Positions 20,904-31,978 of a DNA stretch of 64,000 bases are shown here, piece by piece. The DNA lies in assembly GCA_964187785.1 (NCBI GenBank), contig OZ076413.1, forward strand, positions 48,424,001-48,488,000, given 5' to 3'. Numbering within the stretch: the first letter of the stretch is position 1; each line of letters starts with the position of its first letter. Under the pieces are notes generated by a model that had not been told where the DNA came from, ran no database searches, and saw nothing but the letters and a program-made list of their open reading frames with translations. Origin of the DNA: Amphiscolops sp. MND2022. Lineage: Eukaryota. The translations under genes were made by a program, and so were the position numbers.

Positions 20904-21552
20904 GCCAAAACGACCACCTAGTTTGTTTACTTAGCCAATAACTTCATATTATGCTTTAAATGTCATTTATTTGTACTTACTTATATTTGTTATCTTTTCT
21001 GAAGAATTGTAAACGATATTTATACCATTATTAGATAGAGATTTTCACGACTGAATAGCTATAGTCAAGTTGGGTCTTAGGACCAAGAGACTGGTTAATC
21101 AACTTCTCAATCTTCACAACTTTTCGCTAGAGTTAGAGCAACTAAGTAGCTACTCTCAAAGTTGGAGAGCCGGAGCGCGTAAAGATATAGTGAGGGAAGT
21201 GTGTTACGGATCACATCGGATCCAAACAAGTGCAAGTGCAAAGAGGTGTAAAGAGGGATCGCTGTAGATTCCACGGGTCACATCAGACCCACCAGCCACA
21301 AGATACAGTCCTTTAAAACTAGAAACCAGGATTTGTTTAGAAACGGTCCACAGTAATAAGCAACGGATCAGGGCGGCTTAAAGTTTGTCAAGCCTCAGCG
21401 CAGGATAAAGGCAAGCAGCCGTTACATTTGGTCCGCCGACCCGGACAAGAAGAAGAAGAAGAAGACGAGGACGACGACGTCTCGTTGGTGGACAACTGAG
21501 AAGATTGCCCGAGAAGAACAAGTGTCTGGATCTTGGAGTCTGTGATTTCGTG

Positions 21553-21720
21553 TCTCTGAGAGTTTGGGCTACTGTGTCTCTGGGAGATTGGGCTACTGTG
21601 TCCCTGGAAGAATGGGGTACTGTGTCTCTGGGAGATTGGGCTACTTTGTCTCTGGGTGATTCGGCTACTTTGCCTCTGGGAGATTGGGCTACTGTTTATC
21701 TGGGAGATTGGGCTATTGTG
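21553..21720 (+). repeat. 21-bp tandem repeat in the BEL leader
   Basis: About 8 copies of TCTGGGAGATTGGGCTACTGT-like units. Confidence 0.9.
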
Positions 21721-21829
21721 ATTTTGGGAACTGAGCTCAACCAAAAAGAGGAGCTATGGCTCAACCAAAACGATTTGATATCAACAAAGTTGAAAACTTT
21801 CTGAAGAATTCTGCAGACAACGCGTAAAC

Positions 21830-24800
21830 GCGGTTTTATTGGAATGCAGCTGTCGAGCACGGCAAGACTCTCAGAGTAATTGATGAAAATCTAGCTAGCA
21901 ATAATGACGACAAGCAGATAACTGAGCTACTGTTACGACAAACAGATACCATAAACAGGCGAGAGCGATTCATTAAGGCAGTCGAAAATGCAATAAAAGT
22001 CAAGTATCAACCGTTGATACCTGAAATATTCTCAGCAGTGAACCAAGCAATACAGAGTCGATTAGTTGACTTGGAAGCATTGGAAGCTTGATATTACTGA
22101 TGTCAGCATTGCAAGAAAAATTAGGCACTAATCTATTTGAATCTTGAAGAAAAGAAACGTGCTATTGATGAAGAAATCGTCCACAACGAAAAGTTGCGCG
22201 ATAAACGAATTGAAAACGGCGAGGACGCCGAAGAAGATTATGCTGCAGCATGTCAAGAAGTGCTGCAGAGAAGGTCTGACAATAAAACGCAAACTGAAGC
22301 TCTGCTGAAGTCAAAAGACGCGGGAGCCATTTTGCGAAATCTTGAAGACGCTGAACAAAGACTAGCAGACGTTCGGGCGAGCGCGGCAGCAGACAAATAG
22401 CTCCACAAAAATGGAACAGTAAAATACAGTAAAAATGGTATCTCACCACAAAAGGAGTCACAACTAGACGATGAGCAAAAAGACGACGATGGTCACCACG
22501 CGGAGGACAGTCAAGAGCCACAAAATGGGGCTGGATCATTGCCAATAGAAGAATTGAGCATACACTCGCAAAGTGACAAAACCAAAAGCAGCAAAACTTC
22601 TTTGTTCTCGAAAACGTCAAGTGTAAGACTTGTTCCCGATTCGGAGATAAAAGCTTTGAAAGAGCAAGAAGAACTGCAAACCCGCCTGGAGAATCTCAGA
22701 CGAGAAGCGGAACAAAAGGAATTAGCTGACTCACAAGAAGAGTTAGCTCGCAAGGCTTGACTAGCCGGAAAAGAAATAGAAAGAGCGAAAGTGTCGAGCA
22801 GTCGTGGTTCTAGCTTGAGAAGTATATCACCAGTCGGGAATCTTGATGACAACCTGACGAAGGTCTCAGGATGGATGGACAAGACAGAAGAAGCTGAGAA
22901 CGTGGCATCGTCGATTAATGTGCGACAAGGTTACCAGCAAACGACCGTCTCAGCACCAGTGATTACAGTACGATCAACTCATGGGGGAAAATGCTCCGCT
23001 CAAATGAGGGACTCGAAGTACTCATTAAAACCGGAAAGGATAACACAAAGACTGTTATAGATGCTGACAGTCAAAGAGGAACAGCACAACCAGAAGTGAA
23101 GTTCGCCTCATCGAAGCCGTCAATGACCCTTAGTGCAGACCAGAATCGGTTACCGCCTACGTTTGGAGGCATCATGAGTGGTGTATTTCGAGTACCACAG
23201 CTTGCGAACACACAAGAGCAGCATTTGCCTAGTCAAAGGCCAAACATAGCATCAAATGCGAAAGACGACTTCATCAGATCTAGCTTGCCAAAACTGAAGT
23301 TGGCAGAATTTTCAGGTGACCCATTGGAGTGGCCAGAGTGGTCACAACTATTTCAAGCAACCGTCCACGCAGCAAAATAGGACGACAGTGTGAAGATGAA
23401 TCACTTGAAAACAATGGTAATGGGCAAAAACAAAGAGGCGATTGCTGGCCTTGGGTACACCGCTGAGATGTACAATGTGGCGTGGAACGTTTTAGTTCGA
23501 AACTTTGGAAAACCGCTGATGGCTGTGAATGCTCACCTGAAGTGAATATACTCATTTCCTCCGATGAAACCATATGACGGAATGGCATTGATCAAGTTTG
23601 CGAGAATAGTGTCGACTTGCGTGAATGTTTTGACACAATTCAACTACGTTGGAGACCTAAACTCAAAAGGAGTTCTGGGCAGTGCCACAAGGAAGTTAAC
23701 ACAGAACATGAAAACAAAATGGCTCACTCATGTGAAGCAAATGAACCTGTTTCAACCTGGACTCGCTGTATTAGGTGAATTGCTCTTTGATATAGCGGAT
23801 GTTCAAGATGAATTGCTTTTGTCTTCAAACCCGAATGCTGATCGCGCGAAGTCAAAGCTACAAAGAAAAGGCAAAAGGATCCACGTTTGCAACATCAGCA
23901 ACAAACACCGTGAGTGGCAATCCGAAAAATCAGCGATAGTGTATGCTGAAAGATGGTAATCATCCAATTTGGAAATGCGAAAAGTTCAAGAAAATGAACG
24001 TTGAAGAGAGAGGACAAAAGGCAAGAGAACTGAGACTGTGCTTCAAATGTTTTTCAGACGCACATCAAGCGAAGAACTGTTCTGGCAGAGTCTGCGACGT
24101 CAATAGTTGCGGAAAACCTCATCACAGATTGCTACACAGATCAGACAAGAACGTGGAACAAAAAAAGTTTGAAAATGTCGATGAGGTCTCCAACTTGTCA
24201 TCAATGAAAAGCAGTGGAGTGCTTCCAGTCATTTCAGTAACGATAGGAAGTGGGAGTAATTTTCATGGTAACTCAGATTTCAGTAGCAAAAGACTTCGAG
24301 TCAAGATTGGTGATCAAGACGGAAAAGGCAAAGAAAACATCACTGCTTATAGTCATCGCAACGTAAACGAGGAAATCCGAACGTACAACCTCAAGAAGTT
24401 GAAGGAGACAAATCCTCATCTGTCAGTTTTGAAAGATTCTACCATCAACTTGGGAGATGTAAAAGTGATTTTGGACCAAGATTGTTATCACTTGCATAGA
24501 GCAACGGAATATAGAAAATGCACAACCGCAAAGGCCTGAGCAGTGCGAACGAAACAGGGATGCATGCTCAGTGGACCCTTGCCCCAACATGAGACAGCAA
24601 ATTTTGAAATTGAAATCTTGGTTGCTGCTGAAGTGGATCCATTAGCGGATCAAGTGAAGTCTTGGTGGAGCATGGAATCGAATGCTTCCAACAGTAGCGT
24701 ATTCGAAAGAACCAAGGAAGATGACAAGACCCTCGAAATGCCAAAGGCAACAACAAAGTTCGATGGAGAGAGGTTTGAGGTCGGGCTATTTTGGAAAAAT

Positions 24801-27750
24801 GCAAAGCCGCATTTGCCAAACAACTACAGTTCAGCAGTAAGTCAATTGAAGTCTCTCGAGCGCCGACTGGAAAAGAATGAAAATTTGAAACAACGCTACA
24901 AAGAGACTATTGATGTGGACGTACAAAAGGGGTGTGAGAATTCTGGATGAAGCAGAGCTTGAAAACACTAAAACAGATCTTCAGTGGTACGTTCCACATC
25001 TTCCAGTGCTGAACACGAACAAGTCGGACAACATGAGACGAGTAAGCAACCGACTACAATCGCTCGTTGGAATTATCTTCAGATTCAGGGAAAAGGAAAT
25101 CGCCTTGTCAGCAGATGTTGAAGCGATGTTTTTCAAGTGGAAGTACCACCTGCAGACTGTGAAGTACTCAAATTTTTGTGGAGAGACAGCGACACTGAAC
25201 CAACCTATCTCTGTGTACGAATATGGTAGAAACATTTTGGGAGCTAAGAGTTCGCCAGCATGTGTCAAATATGCTTTGCAACAAGTCGGAAGAAACTGCA
25301 GAGATGAAAACGGGATGGTCGCAAAGTTAATTAACAGAAATTTCTACAGGGACTATAAGAAATATCCGCGGAAGATAGATCAGTCGCGCTAAGCAAAACA
25401 ATCGAAGCTGAACCCTTTACATCTCTATTTTAGGACTCCAGTGGAATGTGGAGTCAGACAGTCTTGACATTGGCCGCGGTACGGGAAAAGAGGTGCCTGC
25501 CAAGATCACTCAGAGAATAGTTTTATCTCACGTATCCTCTGTGTTTGACCCGTTGGGATTGCTTACCCCTTTCAGTCAGGATGAGAGTGTTGCTCAAAGG
25601 AATTTGGACGAAACATGGGAATCGTGGGACAAAAAGTTATCTGCAGAAGACGAGATAGCATTCAAGGATTGGGCATCGGAATTGAATCACATGAATGAAA
25701 TGGCTATCAAATGAAAGTATTTATCAAAAAATGCTGAAGTAGTGGACTTACATATTTTCGCCGAAGCATCCCTGGACTCCATATGCATAGTTGCCTACTT
25801 TCGAGATCAACAAACTGGAGAGCTTGCCTATGTGGTAGGGAAATGCCGCCAATGAAGCAACAATCAATTCCTTAATCAATTCCCCGAAGCAGCTATGTAT
25901 GGAACCTGATTGAAACAACGGATCGTAGACCAACACGACGTTGAAACTGAACGAATTTTCTTTTGGACGGATTCTACAACTGTTTTGCAATGGTTGCATG
26001 GAGCTGCCAAGAAACAACGGGTTTGTAGCGTACAGAGTCTCTGAAAACCTTGACAGTTCAACCATTGATCAGTGGAGACATGTCGAAGGAACCTTAAACC
26101 CTGCCGTCATTGAAAAAAAAGAAAAAATGTTCTTGAACTAGAGAAGACTGAGTGATTCACAGGGCTGGCATGGCTTCCAGAAAAAGAAGATGCCTGGCCA
26201 CAAACCTCACCACAGTTGTTTCAGCAAAAAACAGAACACATAGAACAGGTCTTTGAAGTCGTGTCAGGAGAAAAGGACAATGGTTGGGAGGCATTCTACT
26301 CGTTCAGACGAATGACCCGGATCTTGGCCTATTGCCTCTGGTTCAAATCGAAAATCAAAGGAAAAGTGGTAATAACAGAAGAGTTGCAACAAGTGATTCG
26401 ACTGTTACTGAGGAAAAGTCAGATGGAAAGCTTCGGTCAAACTTATCAAGCATTGGCCGCAGGTAAACTCAAGGCAGCATCTGATCACTTGAAAAAACAG
26501 TCACCAGGCATAGACAATCAGAACCTAACGCGATTAAAAAGACGACCAGGTCATGCTGATGCGAGTTATGATATGAAACTTTCAATTTTCGTATCTGCTT
26601 GGCATCCAATAGTGAGAAAATTGATTGAAGATGCGCATGAAAGTAACTATCACGAAGGAACATAGTATGTTCGCAGTATTTTGCAGCAGAATTATTGGAT
26701 AATTGGATTCCGAAACGCGCTCAGAAATGTGAAGTTGAAGTTTGTTAAGTGCAGAAAGCCACAAGTTGGAGGAGTTGAACCTTTCATGGCAGACCTACCT
26801 GAAAAAAGAATGGAAGAAAGAGTTTTTCCATTTACCAACACGGAAGTAGACTAATTTGGACCATTCTAAATGAGATTCAAGAGGAAATCAATGAAACGAT
26901 GTTGTAGTCTTTTCACATGTTTGACAACAAGAGCTGTGCATGTTGAGGTCGTGCCCAGCCTGGAAGCCGACGAAATATGCTTGCTGCTATAACGAAACTC
27001 ATCGCTCGAAGAGGGAAACCGAATGTCATTTTAAGTGATAATGGAACGAATATTTTGTGCGCAGCAACAAAAATAAGAGAATGGATAGAAGCTAGGAATC
27101 AATCGGACATTGAGCAATCTTTGGCTGAAAAGCAAATAAAATGGAAGTTCAACCACCTCGGTGCGCCGCATTTCGGAGGTGTTTGGAGCGAATGGTCAGA
27201 AGCTGCATGAAAGCTATGATGGCACTAGTGGGAAACAGAACACTGACAGATGATGTATTATCCACATCAATGTGTCTGGTCGAGCAGATATTGAATTCGA
27301 GACCTCTGACTAGTGTCAGTGTTGATCCCGAATGTTTGGAAGCTTTGACTCCAAATCACTTCCTGCTAGGACGTGCGAGTCCAGCAACCTCATTCATTCC
27401 TGACGCTCAGCGATATACAGATCTGAGATGAGTATTCAGAGTATCAAAAGTTTATGCAGTTATGATTTGGAGCAGATGGAATAGGGAATATTTACCGCAA
27501 TGGAATGTGAGATCTAAATGGAATAAAGAAGAAGTTAGACAACTTGAAGTCAATGATTTGGTCTGGATAGTGGATGAAAATGTGAAAAGAGCACACTACA
27601 AGATGGGGAGAGTGTTAGACGTCTATCATGGAAGCGATGGCATGTGAGATCAGCGCTGGTGAAAACTGAAGGTGGAAAACTCAAAAGACCAGTAGTGAAA
27701 CTGGCACCCATGTTCTACGAAAGTGTTTTTCGGGAGAAAAACAGGGCCGG
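21830..27750 (+). pseudogene. BEL/Pao gag-pol, fragmented by many stops and frameshifts
   Basis: LPKLKLAEFSGDPLEW (gag), C-x2-C-x4-H-x4-C knuckles, ADVEAMF and GAKSSPAC (RT), VFDPLG, SDNGTN, APHFGGVW, LTPNHFLLG (integrase). Confidence 0.9.
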
Positions 27751-27753
27751 CAA

Positions 27754-28706
27754 TGTTGGCGCCAGTCAATTGCGAGATCAGAAACTCAAATTCGACCGTG
27801 ACTAATGACACTTAGAATTCAAATTTCTTAGAAACTTTATCAAGATTCTAGTCTGAAAATTACAACTTTTAGCAAAAATGGCTCCGTGTAAAATAACACC
27901 ACTCCCCTTTTTGAGAAGCACTTGTGCAATGACCCTGAAAGTTAGCATGCATACGCTAGAGGTGCTAAGTCAACTTTTCCCTCGAAACACCGAACCCCGT
28001 ATCTCTCCTGGGTTCCGAGCAGTTAACACCCAAAGTGACATACGTCGGACTCCATCAATTACCCTATTTGGATGTATTAATTATTATGTGATTTTCTAAT
28101 ATGACCTTGAAGGAAATGTAAATCTGTTGAAATTATTCACATTTACATTGTGTAATCTTACTTTCTGACCCTATTAGCCAACATGCCAAAACCACCACCT
28201 AGTTTGTTTACTTAGCCAATAACTTCATTATGGTTTAAATGTCATTTATTTATACTTACTTATATTTGCTTATTTTTTCTGAAGAATTGTAAACGATGTT
28301 TATACCATTATTAGATAGAGATTTTCACGACTGAATAGTTATAGTCAAGTTGGGTCTTAGGACCAAGAGACTGGTTAATCAACTTCTCAATCTTCACAAC
28401 TTTTCGCTAGAGTTAGAGCGACTAAGTAGCTACTCTCAAAGTTGGAGAGCCGGAGCGCGTGAAGATACAGTGAGGGAAGTGTGTTACGAATCACATCGGA
28501 TCCAAACAAGTGCAAGTACAAAGCGGTGCAAAGGGGGATCGCAGGAGCTTCCACGGGTCACATCGGACCCACCAGTCACAAGATACAGTCATTTAAAACA
28601 AGATACCAGGATTTGTTTAGTAACTGTCCACAGTACTAAGCAACGGATCAGGGCGGCTTAAAGTTTGTCAAGCCTCAGCGCAGGATAAGGGCAAGCAGCC
28701 GTTACA
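27754..28706 (+). repeat. BEL 3' LTR (953 bp)
   Basis: TGTTGGCGCC...GCCGTTACA, direct repeat of the 5' LTR. Confidence 0.95.
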
Positions 28707-29050
28707 CCAACATACTCTTTTTATTTCGCCCTGAAGTAGGTCTTAAATGCAAGTACCACGAGGTGCATCTAACTAAGCTACACAGTCGCAAAATGTTTTT
28801 CTTCAGTTTTTTTTCAGTCCTGACTCTGTTTTTTTTTGCTTTTACTTAAAGAAAAGTTTTAGTACCCCAAACGTTCCTTGAAACTCATTGTTTGCGCATT
28901 GAGCAGAGAGCCGATACACTCATATCTACCTACCAAATAATACCTACCATCATATATTAATCTCTTCCAACATTGTTCGTTATAAGTGCAGACGTTTTAA
29001 TTACCTTTTCTATCCAAGCTTTCTAAATTGTAATTTCCGTATCTTCCCAC

Positions 29051-31228
29051 TGTGTTGACCCTGAGTCGGGTGCAACTAGTTCAACGTAGTTAGCCTTGAT
29101 GTCGAAGCTTGATTTTCAGGATCGCAAGGATCTACTACGGAATTTTCAGATCTAGGCGGATGGCCGGACAATGTATCTATTTTCGAAGATAGATTCTCGA
29201 TCATCTTCAGAATTTCCCTTTGCCCGGTATTGGCATCTTTTATTCTTCTACCAACTAATTTTTCGTTTTTCTCAGAGATTTCGGAGAAATCACGATCAGA
29301 GATACTGGGTACATTTTCAGTCCTTTGGCTAGCTGCCTCGGGTCCACCTAGTGAGCTGGATACTGAATCCTTTCTGGCTTTCCTTTTAGAGGATCTTTCG
29401 GGCATTTTAGACTTCGAGTTTACAGGTTCAAACTATTCGACAAGGAATGAAGAAAGGTTGAAACTTTTAATCTTCAATTGAGTTTTGTAACAAGAGAAAA
29501 CAAAGTTGTCTTACAGAAAGCGATTATTGAATTTTCAGAGTCTATCAAAAATATTATTTTTCAACTGCACTTATTTAACTCTCCCAAGTATATATACCTT
29601 TCACCCACGTGAAGCGGGGAAAAATCCGCACCACTTTCACGCTTTATTCAGCCCGGCGTCCTTCCAAGGCGGAGAAACCGGAAGTTCAGTTCCGCTTTGT
29701 CGAACTCAAGCTCTCAGTTTGTTCATGCTTTCCGAGGAAAGCACGCGTCCACTTCCTGCCTGAGTTGCGACTCCGCTTCCCTTCACCTCCAATTCCCACC
29801 TTTTCAGAACGCCGAAGCTGAAATCAGCAACAAAATAAGCGATGATTCAACATTTCGCTTTTAAAAGCGGGAAAGATGAAATTAAAGCAACGACTATTAT
29901 GGAAATTAGAAATTTCCCAAAACGATTTAACTGATTTAAATATTACTCCAGATAATAGTTATTTCAACGAAACTGCACTTAGGCTCGTAAAACTACTCGT
30001 GTAGTCATGAAAACACTGATTATGTATGAAGGGACAAAGCTCGGTCTCAGGTTGGGGTCCGAGACGATTAAGGCAAAATAACTGATTTCGCAAAAATAGC
30101 AACGACTAACAATTTTGTGATTTAAATCAACTTGGGGATGCGGTTCAGGTCATTTCTCAATCCAGTTTGATTGAGGATTAATTTTAAAAGGGTAGTACAA
30201 ACCATTAATAGTGATTAAATAACTCAAGTCAAAGATTTATTTCCCAGGCCGGGGTCTAGGCCCGTGGTTTAATGCATTCAAAGTTAAGTATTGCTACATG
30301 AATAAATGGTCACAAACTGCATGTAATCAACCACTAATTCTTGTTATACTGCGTATTTGGGACGTGGTTTCACTGATGAGACGGTGGGTAATCGGGAGTA
30401 CCGATATTTTCACTTTTAGGATGGATTTGGGCAAACCTGATTTCAGGCCGTGTCCTGGGCTACAGTTTATTACATTTAATTATTAATCTTGGTTTACATG
30501 GGTGAATAGTATTGCACAGCACTCTTGATCGTTATTCGATCGTTTTTCATTGTAGGTGTTTAGTTATCGGGTAAAAATCATCAACCGAATTAACAATTTC
30601 CATTTCTACAATGGATTTTATAAATTTACATTTCAGGCCACTTCCTGGGCCGCGGTACATTACTTCCAGTTAAAATCAACACAATTTGTACATTACTCAG
30701 GGAATTACATGTAAATCATCACATTAGTTGTCTTTGTTTGCATCAACACTCTTACATGTAATCATTTAATAGCGCGTTCACTGCTGCATAGTGTTAAATA
30801 GCTCATTCCAATCTCAGGCCGCTTGCCAGGCCGCCGCTTTACTGCGCAAATCTGAGGCCGGTCGCCAGGCTACGGTTTCGCCATTAATCTTTCAAACCGT
30901 TTGATGAGCGGTGTGATTTTATTAATAATATAGCACTGTATTATTATTATTATTTTTATTAACTGCACTAATAGCTCCGTACTTGTTGGTACACTGTGTG
31001 TACGTATATATTCCTGTATAAATATATGTAATTATTAGTATTTATACATATGTAAATATAATTTTAGCTCCAAGCTGATTTAAAGTAATAATCTATAATA
31101 GCAATAAATTGGTTGTGTGTTAGTTATTTCACTTGCCTTTTCTTCTGTTACGGTCTAATTCCAATTTCCTTCTTCGTAGACCGCGCTTATTGTGTGACAG
31201 GTTTCACAGCTTAGCTGGGGCTGTGACA
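29051..31228 (-). repeat. 3' LTR of B (2178 bp)
   Basis: TGTGTTG...GTGACA on the plus strand; near-identical to the split 5' LTR; carries a copy of the gag N-terminus (29076..29405). Confidence 0.95.
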
Positions 31229-31751
31229 GTCCTCGGCATCGATGCGCTGTCTCATCTGGAAGGAGGAATTGGGATATCGACCGGATTGGAGTGTCAAACA
31301 AATTGGGTAGATCATCGCGCATTGAGTCGTAGGATCTCCATGAAGAATCCGACTCCCAGTCGCTTCCTGACCAGTACCCTTCTGAGCTGCTGTATGAGCT
31401 CATGGGACTGCTGACGGTAGAGTTAGGGCTGTATCGGTCCGCAGGATTGAACTGTCGGATTGGGCTCACGAATTCGTCATCTGGGATAACCGGATTATCG
31501 GTGGTGAAACTTCGTATTATTCCTTGTTCGTTTTCAACGTTAATTGCATTCACGAGCAGTTGTTCGTGAACAAGGACTACATGTATATCTTCCGTCTTGA
31601 TTATTTCGTAAGTAAAAGTATGCTGTGCTGTGGTGATGAGATTGTAATTAGGCGGCGGTGTACCGGGCCTTTGTCTTGGCTGCGCTAGTTGATCTCGGTC
31701 GAGAAGAAAAACGTCTTCATTTGTTTGATCGTTGGAGTAGGAATTGTACAT
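31155..31751 (-). CDS. ORF3 of B: 198-aa Ser/Asp-rich protein with a C-terminal Cys cluster, ending inside the 3' LTR
   Basis: Intact ATG ORF; YWSGSDWESDSSW and HRC...CETC; same position as the family C ORF3. Confidence 0.65.
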   Translation of the reverse strand: MYNSYSNDQTNEDVFLLDRDQLAQPRQRPGTPPPNYNLITTAQHTFTYEIIKTEDIHVVLVHEQLLVNAINVENEQGIIRSFTTDNPVIPDDEFVSPIRQFNPADRYSPNSTVSSPMSSYSSSEGYWSGSDWESDSSWRSYDSMRDDLPNLFDTPIRSISQFLLPDETAHRCRGLSQPQLSCETCHTISAVYEEGNWN

Positions 31752-31978
31752 TTTATTTGATTGGCAATCTGATTGTCAGTTGATTAGGAATATAACTGAC
31801 TAATCCGCGTCCTGAAAATTTGTTCACACCAATTGTGTTGAGCTTTTGAATTGTTCAGCTGGCAGACTGAACAACTCTCCTTATATAGTAGACAACTTCT
31901 AGTATCAATATTTCCATTGATTTTACGCCACATCTTCTTTTTATTTTTTCATGGTTTGTTATTTTCAGACAATTGATT

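Larger units (their letters stand above)
19104..21426 (+). repeat. BEL 5' LTR, expanded by two MITE insertions
   Basis: Colinear with 27754..28706 once 19309..19832 and 20086..20903 are removed. Confidence 0.92.
19104..28706 (+). mobile_element. BEL/Pao LTR retrotransposon, full length but decayed
   Basis: Paired TGT...ACA LTRs, 5-bp TSD CCAAC (19099-19103, 28707-28711), PBS TGGTCCGCCGACCCGGA at 21429, purine-rich tract before 27754, BEL-type protein motifs. Confidence 0.95.

Noticed and set aside
21388..21804. ORFs with SSPISQR / LGDWATV repeats
   Set aside because: They are by-products of the 21-bp tandem repeat.
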